Part shown: positions 13,140-27,126 of the stretch, in pieces
Layout: the number at the start of each line of letters is the position of its first letter
Numbering within the stretch: position 1 is the stretch's first letter
Assembly: GCF_006345805.1 (NCBI RefSeq)
Contig: NC_043000.1
Coordinates: forward strand, 41,912,001-41,976,000
From: Octopus sinensis
Lineage: Eukaryota
Direction of reading: 5' to 3'
DNA length: 64,000 nt
The notes under the pieces: generated by a model
What the model saw: the letters and a program-made list of their open reading frames with translations, nothing else
Database searches by the model: none
What the model was told of the DNA's origin: nothing
Position numbers and translations under genes: made by a program

Positions 13140-13550
13140 GGCGCAGGAGTGGCTGTGTGGTAAGTAGCTTGTTTACCAACCACATGGTTCCGGGTTCAGT
13201 CCGACTGCGTGGCACCTTGGGCAAGTGTCTTCTGCTATAGCCTCGGGCCGACCAAAGCCTTGTGAGTGGATTTGGTAGACGGAAACTGAAAGAAGCCCGT
13301 CGTATATATGTATATATATGCGTGTGTGTGTTTGTGTGAGTGTGTTTGTCCCCCTAGCATTGCTTGACAACCGATTCTGGTGTGTTTATGTCCCCGTTAC
13401 TTAGCGGTTCGGCAAAAGAGAACGATAGAATAAGTACTGGGCTTACAAAAGAATAAGTCCCGGGGTCGAGTTGCTCGACTAAAGGCGGTGCTCCAGCATG
13501 GCCGCAGTCAAATGACTGAAACAAGTAAAAGAGTAAAAGAGTAAAAAGAG
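13140..13550 (+). mobile_element. Full-length SINE family A
   Basis: GGCGCAGGAGTGGCTGTGTGG (A box)...GGTTCAGTCC (B box)...CCTTGGGCAAGT...(GAGTAAAA)n tail. Confidence 0.95.
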
Positions 13551-13574
13551 TATATATATATATAGAGAGAGAGA

Positions 13575-13925
13575 GGCTCAAGCGTGGCAGTGTGGTAAGA
13601 AGCTTGTTTCCCAACTACACGGTTCCGTTTTTAGTTCCACTGCGTGGCACCTCGAGCAAGTGTCTTCTACTGTAGCCTCAGGCCGACTAAATACTTGTGA
13701 ATGGATTTGGTAGGCGAATGTCCGTGTTTGTCCCCTTCTCCACACCCGATTGACAGCCGATATCGGTGTGTTTACGTCTCTCTAACCTAGCGGTTCGGCA
13801 AAAGCGAACAATACAATAAGTACCAGGCTTTCAAAAAAAAAAAAGGTCCTGAGGTCGATTTGTTCGACTAAAAACTATTGAGAGCGGTGGCCCAACATAG
13901 CCACAATCAAATGACTGAAACAGAT
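13575..13925 (+). mobile_element. Older diverged SINE family A copy
   Basis: Colinear with 13140-13550 but with many substitutions. Confidence 0.85.
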
Positions 13926-13970
13926 ATACACATACAAACATACATACATATATATATAACATATATATAT

Positions 13971-14065
<95 letters not shown>

Positions 14066-14202
14066 AGAGATGTTTGCATATATATATATATATATATACA
14101 GAGAGAGAGAGTGAGAGAGGTGGACAGATAGATAGATTGATATAAATATATTGATACAGGTATATATACCTTTATTTAAACATGTACAGACATATATATC
14201 TA

Positions 14203-14233
<31 letters not shown>

Positions 14234-14348
14234 TATACATACACGTAGATATATGCATATGTGTACGTATTGCATACATACATGCACATATACGCATTCA
14301 CATATCCATACACAAATATAAATATTAAACATATATACATAATACAAC

Positions 14349-14379
<31 letters not shown>

Positions 14380-14412
14380 ATACTATATATGTATATATAT
14401 ATACATACATAT

Positions 14413-14482
<70 letters not shown>

Positions 14483-15865
14483 GTATATATAAAGATATAT
14501 ACATATATATATAATATATATATATATATGCATATATGCAAACAAAGAGAGAGACAAATATACAAACATACATATACACATGCATAGAAACACAGACATA
14601 TCTCCCGATAGATATTTACGCAAATAGAAATGTTTGCACGTCCCTTCACCTGATCGTGTTCATACATAAACTAAGAGGAATGTTATTTGCTAGTGTGTCT
14701 TAACTTACGTGTTGGTTAGGTAGAATTAAGTATACCCCTGGTATCTTGTTTCTTATTCGGATTCCTACTAGATCCGAAATTCCCTCCAACTCAGCATTTT
14801 CGCTGACCTCCTCGCCTCCTCTCAGTGCGCACAAATGAAAACTAACATTTCAAAAATATACAAAATACAACAAAATAAATGGCGAATATCATTATAAATC
14901 ATAGTAATTTAAGCGCACCTTAACACTGACATTTCGTCAAATCACCACCGTCTCATAGCACGCTATTTTATCTCAACGAGCCAAAGAGAGGGTCCTCTAT
15001 GTGGTCGCTGAACCTACTAGAAATAGCTTCTAGTTTTTCTCCTTTAAAATCATAGCCAAACGTCTTAAAATAAAGAGCAGGCCATTTTGGATAATGTGGA
15101 AGAGTATAGCTTAGTACCTAAGGTGATGGATCATAATCTAACGTTTGAAAATACAGAGGAAGCGCAATGGATAATGTGGAGGCATATGGCTTAATGGTTA
15201 AGGTGTTGGACTCATGATCGTAAGATTGTGGTTTCAATACAAGACGAAATATATCACGATAGGAATATCTTTAGTCATAGTTTTGCCTCAATCAGTGCTT
15301 AAACAACAATATTAACTATAATCTTACATAAAACTTCCTCCATAAACTTTCTCTGAATAAAAGAACACCTAACGAATCAAAGAGAGAGAGAGATTCTAGA
15401 AGCAACAGTGGATAGTCAATATTTATGTGGTCTTTAAGGCGGTGAAATGGCAGAATCATAAGCACGTCGGACAAAATGCTTAGCAGCATTTCGTCCGTTT
15501 TTACGTTCTCAGTTCAAATTCTGCCGGGGTCGATAACTCAAGTAACTCTGCAGCAAGGTTACATAAAATAGGCTGTGAGTTTTCATCAAATAATAATAAT
15601 AATAATAATAATCTTCTATAGCTTCATATAGCCATCAGAATTGCACCTAATACTCTGTTCAAAGATGTGGGGATGGATTCCGGCGTGTGGACGCATTCAG
15701 AACTGTAGCAGTATCCCTTGCTGCTAGCCATGGCTACGAGGTTTCCGTTGCAGCCCTCTATGTTACGTCTTACAACCTTGAGCAGCAGTCATAATGTCGG
15801 CATTATGATACTCCTCGTTGATCCTCATGATATAAGTGACTCTTTTTCCAATGTTTAGACGGCTT

Positions 15866-16093
15866 AAGGTGGCAAGCTGGTAAAATCGTTAGCATGCCAG
15901 TCAAAATGATTAGCGGCACTTCGTCCGTCGTCTTTACTTTCTGAATTCAGATTCCGTTGAGGTTGACTCTGCCTTTCATCCTTACAGGGTCGATAAAAGA
16001 AGCACCAGCAGAGCACTGGGGTCGATATATACGACTTCGACCCTACCCCACCTCGAAATTGCTGGCCTTGTGCCAAAAAATTTGAAACTAATA
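15866..16093 (+). mobile_element. Full-length SINE family B
   Basis: AAGGTGGCAAGCTGGTAAAATCGTTAGC...CATCCTTACAGGGTCGATAAAA...GCTGGCCTTGTGCCAAAAAATTTGAAAC. Confidence 0.85.
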
Positions 16094-17303
16094 TTTAAAT
16101 GCTTTTCGGTCCTCCATGTCAGTTAACTTTTTTCCAACTACAAGTTTAATCTTTATGCTTTTTAACATTGTTCACAGTCCACCAATTCATCAAGCTGTTC
16201 CTGAAATAAGGTTACATAAAAATTGTCAAATTTGCCCGAACACCCTGTACATACACACATGCTTACATAACAAGCTGATAAGCCAGAAGTCCGTATATTG
16301 TCACTAGTAGCGTTCCAGATCCGATACCACCACCATCATGTCATCAACATTATCGTCGTTCCCGTCGCCAACAATAATGATTTCCTACAAAAAGATAAGA
16401 AATTCAGAGTAAAAGGATAACCGATTTTATCGACTCCCCGTACTCCACTAGTACTTTATTGGCGCTTGGAAGGAATAAAGACAAAGTTGCCCTAGGCGTA
16501 ACTTCAGCCCAAAACGTAAAGAGGCAGAACAAATACTATTAATCAAATAATAACAGCGCTAACTATAATTTCACGTTATGGCATTTATATCCCCATCACT
16601 AATCCTTTGTTCCTTTATGGAACTCTACCGTTATAGAACTCACTGGACTGTAGTTTGTATCTAATAGCGTTGAATGGATGAGAGAGATATAATAATCCCT
16701 TTCCTATCACTCGAGTGGTTAACATTCTGGGTTTTTTTTTCAACCGAACAAGTGCTTCATTCATAGTCAAAAGCTGTTACTGGTAATTTTCCTCGCCTCA
16801 ATGTCCCATTCATGCTATTTCTGATCCGATACAAGTCAATTAATTTAATAGATTTAATTGTCTAGTTAGGGTATTTTCTTTTTCTTTAATTTTTCGGTTA
16901 TCTTTCTTTCTTACTTTTTTTTACTTGTCGTTAGAATAAGACATCACTGTACATTGAATTTCCTTTAGTTAATTGATGATAAAATAGTTTGGAGATATTT
17001 ATACGGTGTTTGTTTATCTCGAGAACAATTATGAACGAATAATTCGATGACCAAAAGCTTTTCAACCATGAGCGACCCTGAGAGCTAATTACATTGTGCA
17101 ATATTCTCTTTCTTATAAAGACAGTAAAGTGTAATCTAAGTAAGATTTAGTTGCTATAGCTAAAAACTTAAATGACTCCGTTGAGGAAGACTCGCTTAGC
17201 ATGTTATCCCACATACCTTATAGACTTACGTCTCGTCAGTCTATAGCAGTGTTTATCGAGGAAAGTGATTTTAGCATATCTCACAACAGATATTGAGCTT
17301 ATA

Positions 17304-17684
17304 CTCTTTTACTCTTTTACTCTTTTACTTGTTTCAGTCATTTGACTGCGGCCATGCTGGAGCACCGCCTTTAGTCGAGCAACTCGACCCCGGGACTTAT
17401 TCTTTGTAAGCCCAGTACTTACTCTATCGGTCTCTTTTGCCGAACCGCTAAGTGACGGGGACGTAAACACACCAGCATCGGTTGTCAAGCAATGCTAGGG
17501 GGACAAACACAGACACACAAACACACTCACACATACATATATATATATATACATATATACGACAGGCTTCTTTCAGTTTCCGTCTACCAAATCCACTCAC
17601 AAGGCATTGGTCGACCCGGGGCTATAGCAGAAGGAACCATGTGGTTGGTTAGCAAGCTACTTACCACACAGCCACTCCTGCACC
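17304..17684 (-). mobile_element. SINE family A with internal deletion of the CORE-like segment
   Basis: Reverse complement of family A; GCTATAGCAGAAG joins directly to GAACCATG, lacking CACTTGCCCAAGG. Confidence 0.9.
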
Positions 17685-17894
17685 TAATTCTATCTTATTT
17701 TCATTTTATTTTTCAGAGTAGTATTTGACTAGAAAACAAGTAAAAATCAAAAATTTAATTCAATATAATTAACCATAGCTTGTGGCTTTGCTGGAAATCA
17801 GCAAAATCTTCCACAAATGACTTGTTCATAGTGATCAAATATAGGTGCGGTACATTAACTCACTCTTTCCCTCAAATCGACGTTGCCTGAACAG

Positions 17895-18030
17895 GTGTAT
17901 CACGTGACAGGTATCGAAGTGATCGCAGAGTAACGTGAGATGAAGTGTTTTGCTCAAGAGTACAACTTGCCACCCGGTCTAGGAACTGAAACCACTATCT
18001 AGCTATCGTGAGTGCAATACTCTAACCAGT
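17895..18030 (-). mobile_element. tRNA-derived SINE, family C fragment
   Basis: AACGTGAGATGAAGTGTTTTGCTCAAGAGTACAAC matches 58856-58890. Confidence 0.7.
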
Positions 18031-18878
18031 AGTTTGGAAAGGGCGTTAATCAACACCATCAATCTCCAGTACGTGACTGGAGCCTATCGACCCCAAACGA
18101 ATGAAAAGTAAAGCTGACCCCGGTAACATTTGAAATTATAATAGAAAGAGCCGTAAATAAACACCACAAGACCTTTTATCAGACAGTCTGACATTTCTGC
18201 CACTTTTATCAGACAGTCTGACATTTCTTCAAAAGTTTCTTACATACGCACAAGGTAAGAAATGCGATGGGAGGAATTATTCTGCGAAATTGTCGGTTAT
18301 ATTGACTACCTGCCCACCAGTCAAGCACTGCGAAGAATCAATCTACCTAACTAAATTTTAGCCTTGTGCCTGATTCGGAAACAATTAGTAACGGTAATTG
18401 GTAGAATCGGTAGAGCATTAGAAAAAATGCCGAGTAGTATTTGTTCAGTCTTTACGTTCAGAGTTCGAATCCAGCTGAGATCAACTTCGGTTTTCATCCT
18501 TTCTGGGGCCATTCAAATAGGAGGGGGTCAACACATAGAATAGCGTCCACTTCTCCAAACAGCGGGTCTTATTCCTGAATCGGAAGGTACTCTGATTCAA
18601 TGGTCTTATTTTTATTGCGTGCTTTCTCTGCGCTACCGAAAAGACGTAAAGTAAAATTGATCGAGCGTTATTTGAACTCAGAATGGAAGGACCCATTACT
18701 AAATACTACATACTACCCGACACTCTAATGATTCTAACTACACACCACGCTTAATAATTTCTAATTTGGACACAAGGCCTGAAATTATGAGTATAAGAAT
18801 AAATCCATTGAATCGACATCGTGAAGAACCAGGACGAATGCGGTAAGGCATTTTGTAGTTTAACTTTAACTTTAAAAC

Positions 18879-19081
18879 GGTTTCAAATTTTGGTACAAGG
18901 CCCTCAATTTTAGGGGAGAAGGAAAACAATTATGTCAACCCAAGTACTCAGCTGATTTTCATTTTATCGCTGTCAAAAGGATGAAAGACTAAGCCAACCT
19001 CGGTGTAGAACATGAAGTCGGAAGAAATGCTGTTAAGCATTTTGTCCGGAGTGCTAACGATTCTACTAGCTAGCCGTCTTA
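18879..19081 (-). mobile_element. SINE family B (minus), within a cluster of decayed copies at 18040-19280
   Basis: GTTTCAAATTTTGGTACAAGGCC...GCTAACGATTCTACTAGCTAGCCGTCTT is the reverse complement of family B. Confidence 0.75.
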
Positions 19082-19420
19082 GTTCAACTTTAAAATATCA
19101 TCTACACTGACTGTGTTACAAGGACCCAAAGTTTTTGGGTGGGATCAGAATAAAGTACATAGTCTATGAGATCAACCCCAGTATTTTATTGAAATTTAGC
19201 TCAACCATTTTTGAAGGATGAACTGCAGAATTTGATCTCGACGGGATTTGAAATCAGAAACATAGCGAGACGTACCTAAATACCACAAGGCAATTCTGTG
19301 TGTGAGTGTCTATGTACGTGTATCTGTGTGTGTCTGTATCTGTTTGTGTGCGTGCGCACATGTGTGTGTGTATCCGTCGTTCCACTAGTTATCCCATTTC
19401 CTATACATACATATATATAC

Positions 19421-19510
<90 letters not shown>

Positions 19511-19840
19511 ATATACGCTCTTACTCCACCGCTCTTTGCCGCTCTAATAATAGCAATAACAATCACAAAATGTTCTTGCAAAGACTTCAACGAAATAATC
19601 AATTGTCCTCTATAACTCTTCTAATAAGGTCCTAACGCTTCGATGAACAGGAAACGAGCGCACGCGCTCCACAGAAGGTCAGCTAAGCAATGTACATAAT
19701 GTATGCACCTAAACCACTATTGTCAAAAACTTGTATTACTTCTCTGTATTACTTAGTAGTGTTTTCTTTCTCCCAAACCCTATTTTCTTAACTTCTATTT
19801 TCTCTTTTTTCTTCCTATTATTATTATTATTATTATTATT

Positions 19841-19873
<33 letters not shown>

Positions 19874-20079
19874 ATTATTATTATTTTCTTGAATTTCTGT
19901 TAAAAAAAATAGAAAAAAATCACGAACAAGTCCAATCTTAAATACAGCACAGTGACTACATTTTTATTTTATTATACTGTATTTCATTTTGTTCTGCTTT
20001 ATGCAGATGTGTGTGCAAGTACGATAATATATATATTATCACACTCATACACACATATATATATACGCACACACACAAA

Positions 20080-20156
<77 letters not shown>

Positions 20157-20429
20157 TTATATGTATGTGTGTATATGTATGTATTATACTGAAAAGTTTT
20201 CTCGACAAAGATTTCAATTTGTAGAAAGATATGATAGCAAAAATAATTAAATAAAGAAAGAAAGAAAGAAGGAAAGAAAGAGAAAAAGAAAAAAAGAAAG
20301 AAATGGAAATTGAGAGAAATAAAGAAAAAACCATAACTTTTTTACAGATTTGCCGATTATGCTACTTCATACAATTACTGAATAAGCGAGGCTTACGTAC
20401 GAAAGGGGAAAAAACATGAATATATGTTG

Positions 20430-20623
20430 TACGGTAAAAAGCTTGCTTCCAAACCACATGGTTTCGGGTTCAGTCCCATTGTGTGGTACCTTGGGCAAGT
20501 GTCTTCTACAAAGCCTCAAACCAACCAAAGCCACGAGCCGACCAAAACCTCGGGCCCTCCAAAACCTCAGGCTGACCAAAGCCTTGTGAGTGGATTTGGT
20601 AGGCGTGAACTGAAAGAAGCCCG

Positions 20624-20625
<2 letters not shown>
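20430..20625 (+). mobile_element. 5' half of SINE family A with an internal tandem amplification
   Basis: GGTTCAGTCC, CCTTGGGCAAGT, then about four variants of AGCCTCGGGCCGACCAA. Confidence 0.8.
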
Positions 20626-20675
<50 letters not shown>

Positions 20676-20737
20676 GTGCATGTGTGTATATATGTATTTA
20701 TGCATATGTATATAAATACACACATACACACACACAC

Positions 20738-21307
20738 TAGGTGCGTTCAAAGTGTATTGGATTTTATTTTTTCCTGCTAAAACTAATGCCGAGTGGGGGA
20801 AATGCTTTGGGTGGGAGGACGCCATCCTTTTTCCACATGCGTGAAAATTTTTGCGCCGCATCAGATCCGGGTTGTTACGCCTAGAGTATAAATGCATAGT
20901 GCACGGTCGTCGGATTTTCGTTTCACCGAAGGCATCGAACAGAGAGATTGCATCAAGTTTTAGTAAAAGCTCAAACCATCCACAAGACTCAGAAGGCCTT
21001 TAGGGATGATGCCATGGATGAAACTCAGATTAAGCAGTGGTACAACCGCTTCAAACATGGCGGCCCTTGGTGAAGTGCGTGGCACGCTCAGGCAGGTCAT
21101 CTACAAACCGAAACGAAGAACCAGTTTAGAATGTTCAACGAATAGTCATGGAAGACCGTCGAAATAATCCAAGAAATTGCTCATAAACTGGGAATAAGCA
21201 CAGGATCAGTGTATTCCATTCTAATGAAGTATTTATGCACGCGGAGAATATCGGTGGAATTCGTCCCCATGGTGCTGACAGAGCAGCCATTCCGCATGGA
21301 AATTGCT
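20738..21307 (+). pseudogene. 5' fragment of a mariner element (irritans-like), transposase HTH region
   Basis: Broken frames read EQRDCIKF..AFRDDAMDETQIKQWYNRFKHG..RSGRSST..IQEIAHKLGISTGSVYSIL..RRISVEFVPMVLT; TA-GGTGCGTTCAAAG TIR-like start. Confidence 0.8.
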
Positions 21308-21971
21308 CTGGTTCTGAGACATGGGACCTGGAGAAAGTGTCTTCTGTTATAGCCTAGGGCCAACCAAAACTGAATGAAACCTGTCGTATGTGTGCGTGTG
21401 TGAGTGAGTGTGTGTGTTTGTGTGTGTGTGCCTGTGTGTATGTCTGTGTGTGTCTTTATGCTTGTGTTTGTCCCACCACCACCACTGTCTGACAACCAGT
21501 GTTGTGTGTTTACGTCCCCGTAGCTTAGCAGTTCGACAAAAGACACCGATAGAATACGTGCCAGGTTTTAAAATAATTGTTTACATCCCTGTAACTTAGC
21601 GCTTCTTCAAAAGATACCAATAGAATAATTACCAGACTCTAAAAAGTAAAAAGTCACTAGAGTTGATTCGTTCGACTCAAAAGTTCTTCAAGACAGTGAT
21701 CCAGCATGGCTATAATCTAATGACTGAAACCAGTTAAAGATAAAAGACTTCCGTACACCATTCTGTTCATTTGTCTTTCATCCTGTAGGGGTCGATAAAT
21801 TAAATACCAGTTGCGTACTGGAGTCGATCTGATCGATTGGTCTCCTCCCCCAAAATTTCGGGCCTTGTGCCTAGTGTAGAAAACAATTTTGTTGAATCCA
21901 CTTTTACCATTGTATTTTATATGTGGTAACATCAACAACTTCACTAAATCTAACCTTGAATCTGTGTAGAT

Positions 21972-22663
21972 CAGTGGCTTTCAACCGAGGTCCACAAGGT
22001 CCTTGGGGATCCACATAAGATTTTGCTGTTAAACTTAATGTGCAATAGATCAGTTATACTTCTACAATACACAAAATATTTTGATAATATGTTTATGCAA
22101 TTCCTAATAACATTTAATTATGAAAAACTATTTCATCCGTTATCTTGTTTTAGCCATTAGACTGTGGCTGAGGCACTGCTTTGAGGAATTTTAGACGAAA
22201 GTATTTTGGACGAAAGTATTCGGTCCCAATAATTATTTTTCTGTTTAAGCTTGGTACTTAGTCAATCTGTCGCTTTTGCCGAACCGCTAAGTTACGGGAA
22301 CGTAAACACATCAACAATGGTTGTCAAGCGGTGGTGGAGGACAAACACGGACACAGAGACACACAAACACACATTCACAAACACACACACAAGTGTATAC
22401 ACGACGGGCCTCTGTCAGTTTCCGTATATCAAATCCATTCACAAGCCTTGGTCAGCCCGGGACTACAGTCAAAGACACTTAACCACGGTGTCCCGCAGTG
22501 GGACTGAACCCAGAACCATGTAGTTGGGAGGCAAACTACTTACCATACAGTCACGCCTGCGCCCATGGGAGACTTTTTTAAACATCGAATGTTTACTAGG
22601 ATCCAGTAGAGTAAAATAGGCAGCAAAAGGGTTCCATAGACAAAGAATGGTTGAGAATCACTG
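21972..22663. mobile_element. hAT (Charlie-like) MITE interrupted by a SINE
   Basis: TIRs CAGTGGCTTTCAACC / GGTTGAGAATCACTG with 8-bp TSD GTGTAGAT / GTGGAGAT (7 of 8 match). Confidence 0.85.
22143..22563 (-). mobile_element. Diverged SINE family A nested in the hAT MITE
   Basis: Reverse-complement head CAGTCACGCCTGCGCC and GGACTGAACC (B box), plus GCCGAACCGCTAAG. Confidence 0.85.
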
Positions 22664-23852
22664 GTGGAGATTCCTACTGACTTGAGAAATGTTTAACTTC
22701 GACAAGATCCTCGGCACTGTAGATTGCTACCACGATCGGAATTTTTAATGGAAACTTGTCTGTATGTGGTCGATCTCGTAAGTCATTATCACTCTCTACC
22801 GTCTTTAAAAGGAAAGGAAATATTTGATAACGTAATCTTAGATACACTGTGTAGAAAACAAAATGGTGCGTTTAAATATTTGCTCGCCCACGTCTGAAGT
22901 AGAACTAAGCAACAGCGGCAACAACAACAATACTACTACTACTACTACTACTTTATTTTATCAAATTTGCCATAAAGACAGTACATAGAGTAAGGTAGCT
23001 TGCGGGCTGGACACGGACATTAATGAGGTGAATGATAATGATACAAGGATGATAAGGATGGGAGAAGACGAAAAGAGCCCGTCGACTTTTGCTTCTCTAA
23101 AACAGTGTTCTTTTTTAAAAAATACTGAATAAGGTATTAACCCTCTTACAATTTTATTACACTTTATGGACTAAAAATTCCATTACAATTATAAACAATT
23201 TAATAAGCGATAAACCTATTTACCCAAATGAGTCCCTGATAAACTTTCTTGCCTCCTGCAGGCATTCCAGCAGCCGCAAGTTGGGGGCCCATACACAAGA
23301 TCTGTACTCTTCATTTTAGAAGGAGTCCATTATATGATAGAGGTTCCTTTCTTCCAGTACCCGAGCAGCCACCTGCGGAGGCCACTCTGGAATACAAGTC
23401 GAGTCTATCAGGTCCCGACTTTTACAGGAATTTTCTGTATAATTCTCTATAGCCCCTCCCCTGAGATAGAAGTTCACATAGTCTTCATCACTTCTACTGG
23501 GAGGGGCATGTTTATTTGTTTATTTCTTAGGATTGTGTTGTACATTAGAGAACAGTGAATGTCACAAACGTGAATGTGTCAAACAAACAAACGAAAATAC
23601 GTCATATTTATTTTGGCGCGTTTTTTTGCGCCTTGACGTCAAATCATAGAAAAATTCAGTTTATACTGTATCGTTCTAGGGTCAATATAATACGTACCAG
23701 TCATATATTATGTATACACAATCAGCTGGTGCACTCCCCTTCTTACGTTTTGTTCTTCTGCATGTCAGAAATCACAAAGTACTGAGTACGATATAATCGC
23801 CTATGCTCCACCCACAAATCTGAGGTCTTGTGCTTACATTAGAAATTATTTA

Positions 23853-23892
23853 TTACTATTACTATTACTATTACTACTACTACTACTATAAC

Positions 23893-23943
<51 letters not shown>

Positions 23944-23995
23944 CATTATTATCATTATTATTATTATTATCATTATTATTATTATTATTATTATC
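23853..23995. repeat. (TAT/TAC/CAT)n trinucleotide microsatellite
   Basis: Direct reading. Confidence 0.95.
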
Positions 23996-24147
23996 CTTGT
24001 TGTCCTTACTTCTTTTCAACATTTTTTAATAAAAACATGAACAAGTATAATCCTGATAATAAAAAAAGCAACTATATTTTATATTATTATTTTTTCCATA
24101 CATTTAATCTTGTTTTATAGAAGTGCGTACAAGTACGCACGTTCAAT

Positions 24148-24195
<48 letters not shown>

Positions 24196-27034
24196 TGTAT
24201 GTATGTATATAAAGTCTTATTATGTATGTATGTATGTATGTATGTATGTATATAAAGTCTTATTATTCTCCTCGACTTGACAAAGATTCAAATTTGTATG
24301 AAGAAAGCATAATAGTAGAAAGTGAAAAAGAAAAACATTGTATTTTGAATAGATTTACAGTCTATACGATTTCATACGATTACTTCAGACGACATTCAAA
24401 TGAATCAAAAGTGTACTATATACATGCAGCATAGTGTAGTCTGTGAAACTGCATGATAAGGTTAAAAAATACGATACCATGGTTAAAATACTTGTAATGG
24501 TCAGTGTGATATCCTCATGGTATTGCAATATAATCCATAATTCCTTTCATGTGGAATAGACTGTTGCAAAAAGAACAAATAGGAGTGAATTTTCAGATGG
24601 TACTCAGATGATTGAAATACAAAATACAAAGAAAATACATAAACATGTAGAATAGCTCCGCATGATAAAAATATTTAAAAGGAACGATACAACTTAAGTG
24701 AATCTATATAGTCACTGACCTGAGAGAAATAGTAGCCAAATATGTTTCTCAAATTATGTTAAGATAATGTGCTCCTTAGATGTTGTGTAGGGGAAAATAC
24801 GTTAGAATTACAATTTTAAGCTTGCTGAATATCTGAAATGGGATAGAACATGACACAAATATAGTGTCCAACAAAATGTCGATACTGTATTTTAATTAGT
24901 TAACGTCTTTTTTTAAGTCAAAATCGCATTGGAGTCACGCTTATCTTTCTTTACCCCTAGAAAGTGGAGGCTACAGTAAAGGAGTGCCGTTTAAGAGAAC
25001 GGGAGTGGCCACAATACTACTGTTCCCGTAAATAGAATATATGGTTCTTGCTTCTCTTAAAAATCAATACATAATTGTTGATACAAGAGCGGTGTTGACA
25101 GGATTGGTAGGGATACAGGCAAAATATTTTACAGCATTTAGGTGCATTCATTTAGGCTCAGAGCTCAAATGCTCTGAAGTCAACTTTGTTTTTCATCATT
25201 CTGGAGGTGATAAAATATCAACTGATCACTGGGATCGATCCACCTGACTTTACTCATCTTTTACATGTGATGCCTTGTATCTAAATTAGCAATCACAGCA
25301 TTATTTTCCACCGAAAAGTGGTGGATCGTAGAAATTACATGAAGGGGCTAAAATCGCCTTGCATTATCTAGTCTTCTACATTGAGATTTATTTTGAAGTA
25401 ATAAGTATCAGTAATACACTGGAAAAATTCAAAAGATCTTATAAAATACTGCACGTCCATCCTGTAAATCCAGTTGATACACTCCCCTTTTAATCTTTGA
25501 CTGGGTAACTGTGTAAGAAATCAATATCATATCTACAGTATTCAGATATTTATATCACTGTATTTATAACTATATAAGGACGTGGACGAACAAGTGCAAA
25601 GGGTAGTGGAAATGCAGACCAGAGATTTGAAGCTCACACTCTTCTACTTTTAATATCAATAATGCGGAATTATATGCACTTGCCAGGAAAGCATTACTTT
25701 CGGAAAACAAATCGAAGTATAAGACATACATTCGGCTAGTCACAACCCCGGTGTTCAGTTTCAAGTTGCAAACACACTTAAATCTGTCTACTAAGAGGAT
25801 CGTCCTCGCTAAGGTGGTTATTTATATAGAACGAGTACGGCAATCGTAAATAATATCGAGAAGAGTTGTATGGCAAGCAATGTATATTCATTCAGGTCGA
25901 GTGATGAAAAGCACTTTATATTTTTGCCAAAATTACTTCAGAAATTAAAGGATAACAGAAATGAAGATATGCCCATAATCTGGAACATTATGGCTAGAGA
26001 AATACCATACACTAACAGTACATTGAACTGAAAATTTCGCTACTTTCTGTTGTCAATCTTTTCTCGATGATATTCCTTGATGATATAGCAATGAGCAAAA
26101 CTTTTCCTTGATAATTCAGTAATGAGCAAAATTCTGTTTTCATGGTTCCAGGGCCTAGAAATATTCTCAAAGTAATTTTTGCATAAGAGTGTCTGTGTTT
26201 AAGAATACATTTGTCAAAACATTTAATCGTCACAATGAATTTTTGTTTTGCTACAATCACAAAACACACAAATAGAAATACAGACAGTAAACTTCAATAT
26301 GTTATAGATATGACAGTGTCATCATAGTTTTTCAACATAATAAGAACATCGATTAAGCTCTTCTGGAAACTACATCTTGTCATATATTAGGTAGTTCCGA
26401 AAATAACAGCCGCTCATAATAATTTAATTATATTTTAGGTGAATTTCGACATACTTAATAATTGATGTATACTCTTTAATAATTTTCTACTTATTTGAGA
26501 CAGAAAACATTCTTGAAGCATAGGCTCAGTACTTTGAGCTTTAATATTCGTGTCATGGTGGCCTATCACAGCCCTCTCATTTTCTATTACCTATTGTACG
26601 AACATAAGAACAATACTGTTATAAGTGATATAGAATTTCATCATAGATCACCTGGCTCAATCAAAACAGAACTGGACCCGAACAAAATCAGCAAAAAGAA
26701 CAATTGCTTGGAAGAGCCTGTTTTTCCTACTCTGCGATTGATACTTGGCTACAGAGAGAGATAATTGCAGACCAAAGAGCTTAACCGAGAGTACCATATT
26801 TTTTTGTAGGGAACAAAATACAAACAGACGACTATATTTTAGTGGTTCAGAGTAACCTTGTTCACTCGTATATTATATACGTGTAAAGACACCCACGCAA
26901 ACCCCCACCTCTAGACAAGGTGCTTTAACAATTCGGTTCTGTTCTACTTGTTTACAAATATTTTATTCATTTGTTAATGCAAATTTGCCACTCTCTCACG
27001 GTTGAATTACAATGATTCTTTACAACTATATATA

Positions 27035-27126
<92 letters not shown>

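Noticed and set aside
13140-13215. SINE heads as tRNA genes
   Set aside because: A and B boxes are present but there is no full cloverleaf, and they are attached to SINE bodies.
14700-14850. Minus-strand ~45-codon open frame ending at a GTAAGT donor
   Set aside because: No acceptor or ATG, and no recognisable homology.
19636-19660. TCGATGA..GAAACG hammerhead look-alike
   Set aside because: Core is wrong, and there is no stem II, stem III or NUH site.
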